Notes under the pieces: model-generated
The model's input: the letters and a program-made list of their open reading frames with translations, nothing else
What the model was told of the DNA's origin: nothing
Databases searched by the model: none
Position numbers and translations under genes: made by a program
DNA from: a virus
Lineage: Duplodnaviria; Caudoviricetes
Virus record (IMG/VR): IMGVR_UViG_3300023257_000103
Span: 1 to 25,301 of that record
Length of the DNA: 25,301 nt
Strand: one strand, 5' to 3'
In this document: positions 8,427-17,146 of the stretch, piece after piece
Layout: each line of letters begins with the position of its first letter
Numbering within the stretch: position 1 is the stretch's first letter

Positions 8427-11400
8427 ATGAACAAAGCTGGTAAGACAAAAATAATACTAAGTAGTATATTAACTTTAGTAATTTTAATTTCATCAATATA
8501 TATATTCATGCCAGAGAATGTTAAGTTAGACATTGGCAAAACAAATTCTAAATTTTATGTTTGGGAAAACGAAGACTGGATACTCAGTGCGACTGAGTAT
8601 GTAAACTTGTTTGATGGTACTACCAAAATGCGTGCTAAGTCACGAGAACTAGCCACAACAACATTAGATGACATCACAACAATTACAAGAACTTCTATAT
8701 GGAAAGATAATATTACGACAATAGATACGTATACATTTGATTCTACAGTAACAGATGTAAGATTATTTCCAGTAACACACGAAGTAGAAGTTATTAATGC
8801 TATTGGTAAGATAGTACATTTTGAATATAGAGATATTCTATATACAGGAGAGACACGAATAGCTACAAGCCCAGAAGAATTCGGTCATAAGATGAAAATC
8901 GAATGGCAAGAAGGCGCTTATTATTCTAAATTATTTCAACAGAAAACAGCTAGCGATAAGCTTATCGTACGTTATAGACCAACTTCTGATTATGAAGTTT
9001 ATTCTGTTAGAATCTTTGACCCACCAACAACTTCTTTTTGTTACCAAGAGTTCGCAAATGTTGCAACTGCTTGTGGTGGATTAAGTACAGGAACATATAC
9101 ACAAGATGGAACTTGGGATGCAGGAGCAACATATATTAAAACAATAGATGGAGACTGGGACACATATGGTGCAACAGATTATACTTCACCTCCAAGTACA
9201 TCAAATTCTTATATGAATTATACTAAACCAGAAGGTGCATATCAAGCAACTTCATTATGGGAAATAAAAGTAAGTAATACTGGACGAATAAATGTAACAA
9301 TACCAGAAAGTTGTTGGAATTATGATAGTGATACATTACTACTTAGATTATATAGTGATTATCCAAATCCAATTAATAGTACTGATGCTCAGTGTTATAA
9401 TGGAACATGGAACAAATTAGCTGGTGGAACTACCATACCAATGTATGAAGAAGCTATGTGGTGGAGTATTGACACTCCTCCAACAACACAGACTTCTACA
9501 ATTAAAACAGATACAGCTAGTAATCTATGTTATGATGATATAGTAGCTAATAGTAATGAATTAGGAGGATGGTGTAACGTTACAAGTAGTGGTGGAGACG
9601 ATGTTACTTACAATTGGATATGGTATAAAGATGACGTATTCTTTAGTGGATATGAAGTTGGAGCATCAACTATAACTTATAGTAATATATCAACTCCAAA
9701 TTATGAAATAGAAAACCCTGAATATGCTTATGATGGTAATTCAGCTACATATGCTGGTTATACAGGTATTGGAGTAAGTGGTGGAAGAATATATTATAAC
9801 ATATCTAAACCATTTAAATCTCCAGATATAAGTGAGTTTTCGTTTAATCTTGATTTAGAAAATACTGGTACATCTCCAGGCGCTAGTTTCTTTGCATTTT
9901 ATTGTGTAGATGAAGTTGGGGGAATATCAAATACTGGCATATCACCTACAAGTGCTGGTACAAGTCCAGGTACACGTTACAACCAAACAATAACTATAAC
10001 AAACACAGATTGTTTATCACTGTATGATGATACAGTTGAGATATATGTAAATTTTGGTGCCGCTCCTAATGTTGGTACTAAGATATACGAGATAAATAAT
10101 ATATCAGTAGATATTGGAACATCACACACTGAAGGTGTAGATGTCAATTTATATAATGTACCAATAGCAGATATATCAACAGGAGATGAATGGACATTTA
10201 GTTGTAGAGGAAACGATGGAACAACTAATTCAGAATGGTTAAATTCAACAACTGTACCAATACACGATGTAGACTTTTTAATAGATGGAGTAGACGTTAG
10301 AACACTTTCAAATCCTATCACAAAAGAATTAGGTTCAGTTATTTTAAATGCTAGTATTGACGCTTATGATAGAAATATTAGTTCACTTAGTACATCTAAT
10401 GGTAACTACTTTTCTTGTAATAATAACACAGATAAATTATATGGTTATGAAAGTAGTTATATATTTAATTGGACTGTTGGAAGTGATGGAACACCAACTT
10501 ATGATAGTGCATATACAACAATAACAGGAAAAGTAGGTACAAGTGTTATAGATTATTATTATAATATATCAGATGGTTATCATTATTTATTATATAGTGA
10601 TGTTAATAACATATCAATACATGATGAGACAGGTGGATTTGTTAGTACATATGCTACACCATTTACAAGTTTAAAGTCTATGACGGGAGATGGCACAAAT
10701 TTATATTTCACATCGGCTAATGAGACTATTATAGTTACTGATATTATTGCTGGTAGTGAATCATTATTATCAGATACTTACGGTTACTGTTATGAAGTTG
10801 GATATGATTATACAACTGATACTTTATGGTGTTCAGATTTTACTGATGGTACATTAACACATTGGACTACAGCTGGTGTACGAATAGCATTTGAGAGCGC
10901 AACAGTCACTAAAATTACTCCATTATCAGTGTGTGGAGATTTAGGATATTTATATGCTGGTAGTTTGTCTTGGTATGATATAAGTGATAATTATGTTTGT
11001 ATAGATGATAGTAACACAGCTTTTGGTACAAATTATAGTTGTGATGTTACTTCAACACAATTCGATGCAGAAGTATCACAATTTCATACTCGTACAACTT
11101 CAGATAGTGAATCAACATTACAATTAAATTATACAGGAGCTGAAAACAAAACATTTAAAATACAAGGACATGAAAATGATGATTTTAATAGTCTTACATT
11201 AAATGTTAGTGGAGCTGGAGATAGTGTTAAAGTTTATGTGGGTACTACTTTAAGCAACACTTTAGGATTAATGTCTGATACAAGTACTTATAATCAAACA
11301 AAGTTTAATGACACATCAATTACTAAGAACGCTAACATTACAACAAACGCAACAATAGGACAAGTAGGATTATTTAGATTACCAAAAACAGCAACTATTA

Positions 11401-12278
11401 CATCAGCTAATATGACTATAACAGGAATAGAGTCAACAACTTATCCAGTTGACCCTTGGATGGAAATTGGACTATTAGATGGTGTTAAAGAATGGAATTA
11501 CACAGGAACATTCAATTCAAATAATAGAGATGGTAACTGGAGCGATGCTATAACAACTTATTTAGCAGTATGTACAGCAGATTCAGATGGTTTTTGTTAC
11601 GTGCCTTTATATGGATATAGTGAAGAGAAAGGAGCTTTACAAGCAAGTCTTATTAGTATAGCTTATACGTATACTATGAGTCCCATAACTATAAGTTCAA
11701 CAGCAGTGCAAGCAGCGTTAACAGCTGGTAGTGGTTATACTAATGTAACTATTAAAGTAGAGAATGGAGAAACAGGCAATGTCACAATATCTGGTATAGA
11801 TTATAATTATTTAGGTGGTATTAGTTCTGGAGATACAATTAGAGCACACTCAGCAGATAATTTTTGTAATATAAGTAATGTTTTAAAGTATTCATATTCA
11901 GGATATGATTATGACTTACCACCAAATATTAATAACATTAATTGGTATCCTAATGATAAGAACGCTAAAAACGTAACACCATTCGGACAAACATTAGTTT
12001 ATCCTATGATTAACGTTACAACTACTAATTATGGAGATAACTTAGACTTCTCTATTAAGATGTATGGGTCAGCAGATTGTGTAGACCTTTATGTAGACAC
12101 AGATAATAGTAAAGTAGGAGCAACACTAATGGTAAACGACACTTATATAACTTTAGCATCAAATCAACCAGAAGACTCAAACGTACCAATATGGCTATGG
12201 GCTGATTTAACTTGTAGTTATAACGATTGGAGAGTGTGGATTCCTTCATTCGACTTAAAAGCAGAGGCGACTATATAA
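8427..12278 (+). CDS. Large modular adhesin/receptor-binding-like protein with N-terminal signal anchor and many N-glycosylation sequons
   Basis: MNKAGKTK followed by IILSSILTLVILISSIYIF. About 35 N-X-S/T sequons by manual count, many spaced Cys, Thr/Ser/Tyr-rich beta modules. Its stop overlaps the next ATG. Confidence 0.6.
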   Translation: MNKAGKTKIILSSILTLVILISSIYIFMPENVKLDIGKTNSKFYVWENEDWILSATEYVNLFDGTTKMRAKSRELATTTLDDITTITRTSIWKDNITTIDTYTFDSTVTDVRLFPVTHEVEVINAIGKIVHFEYRDILYTGETRIATSPEEFGHKMKIEWQEGAYYSKLFQQKTASDKLIVRYRPTSDYEVYSVRIFDPPTTSFCYQEFANVATACGGLSTGTYTQDGTWDAGATYIKTIDGDWDTYGATDYTSPPSTSNSYMNYTKPEGAYQATSLWEIKVSNTGRINVTIPESCWNYDSDTLLLRLYSDYPNPINSTDAQCYNGTWNKLAGGTTIPMYEEAMWWSIDTPPTTQTSTIKTDTASNLCYDDIVANSNELGGWCNVTSSGGDDVTYNWIWYKDDVFFSGYEVGASTITYSNISTPNYEIENPEYAYDGNSATYAGYTGIGVSGGRIYYNISKPFKSPDISEFSFNLDLENTGTSPGASFFAFYCVDEVGGISNTGISPTSAGTSPGTRYNQTITITNTDCLSLYDDTVEIYVNFGAAPNVGTKIYEINNISVDIGTSHTEGVDVNLYNVPIADISTGDEWTFSCRGNDGTTNSEWLNSTTVPIHDVDFLIDGVDVRTLSNPITKELGSVILNASIDAYDRNISSLSTSNGNYFSCNNNTDKLYGYESSYIFNWTVGSDGTPTYDSAYTTITGKVGTSVIDYYYNISDGYHYLLYSDVNNISIHDETGGFVSTYATPFTSLKSMTGDGTNLYFTSANETIIVTDIIAGSESLLSDTYGYCYEVGYDYTTDTLWCSDFTDGTLTHWTTAGVRIAFESATVTKITPLSVCGDLGYLYAGSLSWYDISDNYVCIDDSNTAFGTNYSCDVTSTQFDAEVSQFHTRTTSDSESTLQLNYTGAENKTFKIQGHENDDFNSLTLNVSGAGDSVKVYVGTTLSNTLGLMSDTSTYNQTKFNDTSITKNANITTNATIGQVGLFRLPKTATITSANMTITGIESTTYPVDPWMEIGLLDGVKEWNYTGTFNSNNRDGNWSDAITTYLAVCTADSDGFCYVPLYGYSEEKGALQASLISIAYTYTMSPITISSTAVQAALTAGSGYTNVTIKVENGETGNVTISGIDYNYLGGISSGDTIRAHSADNFCNISNVLKYSYSGYDYDLPPNINNINWYPNDKNAKNVTPFGQTLVYPMINVTTTNYGDNLDFSIKMYGSADCVDLYVDTDNSKVGATLMVNDTYITLASNQPEDSNVPIWLWADLTCSYNDWRVWIPSFDLKAEATI

Positions 12279-13894
12279 TGGCTGGAACAACATTAGGTGG
12301 AACTAGCGCACCAAAGATATTTATACCAACAGATGCTAAGACTTATTCTAAGATAGTCATCACAGATGATAGTGCAGTAGATTATACCGTATTAGATACG
12401 TATGGTGGAGCTTTAGCTGATAATTATATGATTAGTAATGCTACTGTTAAGAGAGCAGCTACAAGTAAGATAAGCGACTTTAATTTTTCACTAACAAATA
12501 TTGGAGGAATATTTCTCAATAAGTTTAATGGTGGAGAAACTGTCAAATTTTATGCTGATGATACAGATGCGACAACAGAGATATTTAGAGCAAAGATAGA
12601 TAACGTCAAGTATGGTTTGTCTACAGGTAGTGGATTTACTGTTAATATAGAAGGTAGAGCATACCCTGAGATAGTTGATAGAACAATAACAGGCACAGAA
12701 GCAGCTATAAGGTCAGATATCAGTATAGCAAGAATATTTAATAATTACTTTACAGATTTAACTCTTACATTTTGGAATGGAACAGCATGGGCAGAAGCTA
12801 CACTTGTTCCAGCAACAGATATTACAGAAGCGTCAGTAACTTGGGACGTAGCAGTACCAACTTATCCAGCATATCTTGTTAATACAACATATCAACATAA
12901 GAAAGCTTGGACTACTATAACAGGTTTTTGTAAAGCTGCTGGTTTAGAATGTTATATAGAATACGATGGTAGTAAATGGGTATTAAGAACATTCTTATCA
13001 GAGACTATAACTAATACTGGTTCAAATATTGCATATGGCGTTAATCTAGTTACTGTTGGAGAGTTTGGAACAGAGAACACAGATATATTAAATAGAGTAA
13101 TAGTCTATGGAAAAGATGAAGGTGGTAATATATTAACAGTTAAGACAGAGAATGATACTGCTTCACAGACTAACTTATGGATTAAAGACAATATTGTTAC
13201 TGATTCATCATTAGAAAATATGAGTAAGGTACAATCAAGAGCAGATTATGAATTAGAACAAGGTATATTAAATCCAAGTCTAGGTAATGTATCATCTATT
13301 TGTTTACCAACACTTAGACCAGGAGAGTTAATAAACGTATCAGTTCCTTATTGTAACATAGATGGTTATTATAAAGCACAGACAGTTACACATTCACTTG
13401 GTAATTTCTGTACAACTAAAGTATCATTAGCAGCAGAATTAAAGAACGCATCAGAGTTATTCATACCAAAGTTAAATCCAGATGAAGTAACAGGTGGAAG
13501 TAACCCTCAAGACATGTCAGACAGTTTCACAACATTCTTTGATGAAACACCATCATATATAGCAACATTCTCAAGTACAGCTATAACTGAAGGAGTATTA
13601 AGATTAGATAGTGGAGATATAAGTGGTAATGTAATATCATCAACATATACATCTGACCAACAAGCAACTCAATGTGAATTAAGAAGAAGTATAAATGACT
13701 TTACTAGTTTAGATTCATATCAAGTAAGTAATAATGGTGGTGTCACTTGGGAAACATATGACACAACAGAAGGAGAAGAAGTACATGACTTCTCATTACC
13801 TGGTAATAGTTTAAAATTTAAAATTAACATGAGTAGAGTATCAAGTGCTGATTCAAGTCCAGCTTATGAATCAATAAGCTTATTATATAAATAG
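12278..13894 (+). CDS. Baseplate hub / tail tip protein (gp27/Tal-like) with a C-terminal beta domain
   Basis: The true start is probably ATG 12278 (TAATG overlap), not 12227. DILNRVIVYG, LRPGELINVS and YKAQTVTHSL are typical hub motifs. C-terminal YQVSNNGGVTWE...GNSLKFKI domain. Confidence 0.7.
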   Translation: MAGTTLGGTSAPKIFIPTDAKTYSKIVITDDSAVDYTVLDTYGGALADNYMISNATVKRAATSKISDFNFSLTNIGGIFLNKFNGGETVKFYADDTDATTEIFRAKIDNVKYGLSTGSGFTVNIEGRAYPEIVDRTITGTEAAIRSDISIARIFNNYFTDLTLTFWNGTAWAEATLVPATDITEASVTWDVAVPTYPAYLVNTTYQHKKAWTTITGFCKAAGLECYIEYDGSKWVLRTFLSETITNTGSNIAYGVNLVTVGEFGTENTDILNRVIVYGKDEGGNILTVKTENDTASQTNLWIKDNIVTDSSLENMSKVQSRADYELEQGILNPSLGNVSSICLPTLRPGELINVSVPYCNIDGYYKAQTVTHSLGNFCTTKVSLAAELKNASELFIPKLNPDEVTGGSNPQDMSDSFTTFFDETPSYIATFSSTAITEGVLRLDSGDISGNVISSTYTSDQQATQCELRRSINDFTSLDSYQVSNNGGVTWETYDTTEGEEVHDFSLPGNSLKFKINMSRVSSADSSPAYESISLLYK

Positions 13895-13906
13895 AAGGTG
13901 AAAAAA

Positions 13907-14134
13907 ATGGTAAAACCAAAAGTAATTAGTAAATCACAAACATTTGACGGATGGGAACTTAAAGAATGGTTCTTAGGTAATTGGAAAACAATTAAAGAAA
14001 TAGCTAAAGTAGGAGCACCACTATTGGTTGCATCATTAGCTACAAGTAATCCAGCATTATTAGGATTCTTAACTATTGTTGGTAAATTTCTGTTAGATGC
14101 TGGCGAATACTGGTACAAAGAAATATCAAAGTAG
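13907..14134 (+). CDS. Small membrane protein, holin-like
   Basis: GGTGA at 13897-13901 supports ATG 13907. Two short hydrophobic helices (VGAPLLVASLA, PALLGFLTIVGKFLL). Ends the tail operon. Confidence 0.5.
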   Translation: MVKPKVISKSQTFDGWELKEWFLGNWKTIKEIAKVGAPLLVASLATSNPALLGFLTIVGKFLLDAGEYWYKEISK

Positions 14135-14148
14135 AAATCAATAATTTA

Positions 14149-14174
14149 ATGGCTCTTCGGAGTCATAATTTTTT
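14149..14174 (+). terminator. C(UUCG)G tetraloop hairpin plus U tract
   Basis: ATGGCTC-TTCG-GAGTCAT (7 bp with one G-U pair) followed by AATTTTTT, right after the structural operon. Confidence 0.55.
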
Positions 14175-14185
14175 AAGGTGAGATA

Positions 14186-14689
14186 ATGATAACTAGATAT
14201 AATAAACGTTGTAAACGATGTAATAAAAAGTTTAATACTTTTTCTCAGAGTGGTAATTATTGTAGTAAGGAATGCACATATATTAATAGATTTGAGAGAA
14301 CATGTACTATATGTAATAAAGAATATCTATCAAAATCGACTAACGGAAAATATTGTTCTGATGAATGTAAAGAGATAAATAAAGTACAATATGATAAGAA
14401 TCGTAGAAGAACAAGAGCATCATATGGCTACATTACAGATTTTAGAATATTTGAAAGAGATATTTTTACTTGTATTTATTGTGGTAAAAGTTCTATAGAA
14501 GACGCTAAAGAATTAGAAGTAGACCATATTTATCCACAATCAAAAGGCGGCGAACATACTATTTCTAATCTAGTAACTTCATGTCATACATGTAACACTA
14601 ATAAAAGTGACGTAGTATTATCAAAAGAAATAGAGATTAGAGTTCTTAAAGAAGTAAATAGAAGAAATGTTGCATTAGAATACGTTTAA
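14186..14689 (+). CDS. HNH endonuclease with two N-terminal Zn-finger repeats
   Basis: GGTGA at 14177-14181. CKRC..YCSKEC and CTIC..YCSDEC, then RDIFTCIYCG...EVDHIYPQSKGGEHTISNLVTSCHTCNTNK. Confidence 0.9.
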   Translation: MITRYNKRCKRCNKKFNTFSQSGNYCSKECTYINRFERTCTICNKEYLSKSTNGKYCSDECKEINKVQYDKNRRRTRASYGYITDFRIFERDIFTCIYCGKSSIEDAKELEVDHIYPQSKGGEHTISNLVTSCHTCNTNKSDVVLSKEIEIRVLKEVNRRNVALEYV

Positions 14690-14772
14690 ACGTGTCATAT
14701 GTCTCATCCTGTCCATTATTATTGATTTGGAATAGTAAGACATAGTTTAGAATAAAACGTCTTAAATCAAGC

Positions 14773-14916
14773 CTATCGAGCTCTAAGAGCATACACATCT
14801 TTCTTACAATTAACGTATATTATCTTATGTTGTTTAGAAATAGCTATATACACACGAATGTAATTAACAATGTTCCACCACTTACCACGCTTTAGTATTG
14901 TAAATTTTTGTTTCAT
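14773..14916 (-). CDS. Possible 47-aa basic ORF (MKQKFTILKRGKWWNIVNY...ALRAR)
   Basis: Open frame from ATG 14916 to TAG 14773. No clear RBS. Confidence 0.2.
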   Translation of the reverse strand: MKQKFTILKRGKWWNIVNYIRVYIAISKQHKIIYVNCKKDVYALRAR

Positions 14917-14922
14917 CTTCTT

Positions 14923-14950
14923 AAAATTAAAAAGAAAAAAAATAAAAAAA
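14923..14950 (-). terminator. Oligo-T terminator downstream of the S-layer-like gene
   Basis: A-rich tract on + (AAAAAGAAAAAAAATAAAAAAA), a T tract on -, about 10 nt after the stop at 14959. Confidence 0.6.
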
Positions 14951-14958
14951 TGTAGATT

Positions 14959-16422
14959 TTACTCTACAAAGATTTTTGCTTTGACAGCCTTCTCTGGAAC
15001 TGATAATTTAACAGTTTCATCGTCGTCTTCATTCCAACTATCTCTATCTTCGATAACGATTCCTGCACTTGTAGTGTAGATTTCGTCTTCGTCGCCAACT
15101 CCACTGTTGATTGAGCTTGGTGTGAATTCAATATCTGCTACATATACTTGAGTATCGTCTGTGAAATCGATAGTGTAGTCTGAGTCTTTTAACTCTAGAT
15201 TCATGCCAGTAACAATTAAGTCGTCACCATCATTATCTTCGATTGTCCAGTTTCCATCTTCAAATTTAACTTTAGTTGCGTCAAATTCTTCAAAGTCAGC
15301 TTTAATTTCTGATAGTTTGTCATCTTTCTTAACAACACTAACATCATTATAGTCTTCACTTGATAATGCATAACTTACTTTAGCAAAGTCGTTTGGTAAT
15401 ACAAGTTCTTGTACTTCATCAACATCTTCTACTAACTTAATTACAATCTTACCAGCTGCTATATCGATAGTTGTATATTGATATAACTCATCTTCGTCGA
15501 CATAATCATCAACTTCGATAGTCTCATCAAGGTCTTCGCCAACTCTTAAGTTAACTAAGCTTCTTTCTGCAACATCGCTATAGAATATATCTTCAACACT
15601 AACTTCTAAGTCACCAATAGTCTTACTAGTACTAACGATTTCAGTTTCACCATCGTATGATACGATAATAGCGTCTTCGCCAATTTGTACAATAGTTAAT
15701 CCCTTAATAACATCGCCTTCTTTAGCAATCTTTTCTGGTGCTCTATTAACAACCATTAAATCTGTGTCATAGCTTTTGATTTCCATTTCTTCGCCTAAAA
15801 CTGAGATTTTCAAATCATCTTTAGTAAAGTCTAAACCAGAATCAAATTCTAATTCATAAACGATATCTTCATCAACAAAGTTAAATGCTACTTCTTTCTC
15901 AAGTTCAAAGTCTCCTTTTACTGTTAAGAATTCTTTAACATCAACGTCTTCGCCGTCAAACTCAACTTCTAAGTCTGCTAGTTTCTCAACTTGATTGTCG
16001 TTCAGTTCTACAAAGCTAAATGATTCAATACTATCTAACTCTTCATCATATCCATTGAATACAACTTCTACTGGTGCTTCTGTTGCTGGTACTTCTTCGA
16101 TTGCTTTTAATTCAGCAACTTCTTTAGCATATGCATCAATTACTGCTGCGTCTGCTTCACTTCTTACCGACAAATCTGACAATTCTACACCTAAATTTGT
16201 TATTTGAGCTTTGAAGCTCTCAAGTGTAATGCTATTATCAGATAGCTGGGATTGAAGTGATTCCACGATTACTGCGTTGTCTAAAAGTGCCTGTTCTGCG
16301 ACTTTCTTATCTTTGCTTACATTTATGTAGCCAATTCCGCCTAATAGTCCTACTGCAACTCCTACTGTAGCAACTCCATAAGCAACTTTACTCATAATGC
16401 TTTTTTCATTTGTTTGTTTCAT
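14959..16422 (-). CDS. Membrane-anchored S-layer-like protein (TM + coiled-coil stalk + acidic S-layer-type beta domains)
   Basis: GGTGA at 16429-16433. TM VAYGVATVGVAVGLLGGIGYI, heptad stalk, PATEAP linker, then strongly acidic domains. KLADLEVEFDGEDVDVKE, LKISVLGEEMEI, IEVSVEDIFYSD-like segments and YTTSAGIVIEDRDS...DETVKLSVPEKAVKAKIFV resemble DPANN S-layer proteins as I recall them. Confidence 0.65.
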   Translation of the reverse strand: MKQTNEKSIMSKVAYGVATVGVAVGLLGGIGYINVSKDKKVAEQALLDNAVIVESLQSQLSDNSITLESFKAQITNLGVELSDLSVRSEADAAVIDAYAKEVAELKAIEEVPATEAPVEVVFNGYDEELDSIESFSFVELNDNQVEKLADLEVEFDGEDVDVKEFLTVKGDFELEKEVAFNFVDEDIVYELEFDSGLDFTKDDLKISVLGEEMEIKSYDTDLMVVNRAPEKIAKEGDVIKGLTIVQIGEDAIIVSYDGETEIVSTSKTIGDLEVSVEDIFYSDVAERSLVNLRVGEDLDETIEVDDYVDEDELYQYTTIDIAAGKIVIKLVEDVDEVQELVLPNDFAKVSYALSSEDYNDVSVVKKDDKLSEIKADFEEFDATKVKFEDGNWTIEDNDGDDLIVTGMNLELKDSDYTIDFTDDTQVYVADIEFTPSSINSGVGDEDEIYTTSAGIVIEDRDSWNEDDDETVKLSVPEKAVKAKIFVE

Positions 16423-16455
16423 GTTTAATCACCTTTTTTGGTATGTTTTATTTAA

Positions 16456-16534
16456 TTTCGACTGATTTTCAGTCAAAAACTTGATGACAATCTCTATGTT
16501 TGTATATTAACTATTTAAATCACATAGAATTGTC
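16456..16534 (-). repeat. Two inverted repeats/hairpins in the leader of the S-layer-like gene
   Basis: TTTCGACTGA/TCAGTCAAAA (16456-16478, one G-U pair on the - strand RNA). GACAATCTCTATGT (16486-16499) / ACATAGAATTGTC (16522-16534) flank a second TTTAAATA box. Confidence 0.6.
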
Positions 16535-16576
16535 TTTAGTGGCTATTTATCACCATTGTATATATTATATAGCTAG

Positions 16577-16597
16577 TTCTACTATTTAAATGTTTCG
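16577..16597 (-). promoter_or_regulatory. BRE+TATA promoter (CGAAACATTTAAATAGTAGAA) upstream of the S-layer-like gene
   Basis: Matches the copy at 981-1001 at 19 of 21 positions. Overlaps the stop of the upstream nuclease gene. Confidence 0.7.
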
Positions 16598-17007
16598 CTT
16601 TTTAACCATGTTACTAGCTTTTCTAGGTCTTCTAAGCTCGAATCTTGCTTCATTCTGTTAGCTTTCATACTCATAACAGCGATATTTCCAGTAATATACC
16701 CTTTTTTTGGAATAATTTTATCTATACTTGGAGTATGTTCTCTATCACTCCAGTCTAAAGGTATTCCTAATACAGGACAATAATCTGGAATATCTATATC
16801 TTCTCTTGTTAAATTGAATGGTATACCATATTTTCTTGCTCTTGCTTTTATAATAGTTAACATATAAGATGGTTTATTCTTCTTATTAAAGTTCTCATTG
16901 TATAATTGTTTCTTCTGAACACATAACATACACCATTTATTCTCTGGTTTATTAAATAAATGTAGTCCTTTATGTTTTTTACACTGAGTACATTGTTTTT
17001 TGTCCAT
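16582..17007 (-). CDS. His-Me finger (HNH-like) endonuclease, phage 'CPVLG...SID' subtype
   Basis: N-terminal CTQC...WCMLC Zn finger, then RARKYGIPFNLT..DI.IPDYCPVLGIPL...PSIDKIIPKKGYITGNIAVMSMKANRMK. Confidence 0.75.
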   Translation of the reverse strand: MDKKQCTQCKKHKGLHLFNKPENKWCMLCVQKKQLYNENFNKKNKPSYMLTIIKARARKYGIPFNLTREDIDIPDYCPVLGIPLDWSDREHTPSIDKIIPKKGYITGNIAVMSMKANRMKQDSSLEDLEKLVTWLKSETFK

Positions 17008-17024
17008 AACTACTATTATGTTTG

Positions 17025-17045
17025 TTCTAGTATATAAATGTATCG
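17025..17045 (-). promoter_or_regulatory. BRE+TATA promoter (CGATACATTTATATACTAGAA), probably giving a leaderless mRNA
   Basis: 20 of 21 positions identical to 981-1001. The TATA lies about 25 nt upstream of ATG 17007 with no RBS. Its 13-nt core repeats at 17116-17128. Confidence 0.7.
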
Positions 17046-17146
17046 ATTTCTAGTCGGTTATATACTCTAAAATCATATTATCTAAGCGTTTTTCTTCTCT
17101 TTTTGTTCTTTCCTTTATAAATGTATCGTTTTTCTTAGTCATTTTC

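Noticed and set aside
12227-12277. ORF-track start of the hub gene at 12227 (likewise 13898 for the holin-like gene and 43 for the first gene)
   Set aside because: The TAATG overlap at 12278 and the GGTGA-spaced ATG at 13907 are better starts, and the first frame is open from base 1.
8427-13894. Diversity-generating retroelement or invertible tail-fibre cassette
   Set aside because: No reverse transcriptase or recombinase, and no adenine-mismatched TR/VR repeat pair was seen in the window.
2851-13894. Contractile (myovirus) tail
   Set aside because: No sheath gene before the tube, and no baseplate wedge (gp25/J-like) genes.
99-14118. Minus-strand and alternate-frame ORFs over the structural operon (e.g. 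99-326, 725-988, 2055-2408, 3305-3532, 3975-4421, 9977-10321, 13864-14118)
   Set aside because: They are shadows of well-supported + strand genes, with no RBS or recognisable motifs.
17050-17142. 30-codon minus-strand ORF (MTKKNDTFIKERTKREEKRLDNMILEYITD)
   Set aside because: Too short to support, and it overlaps a promoter-like repeat. It could be real but nothing distinguishes it from chance.
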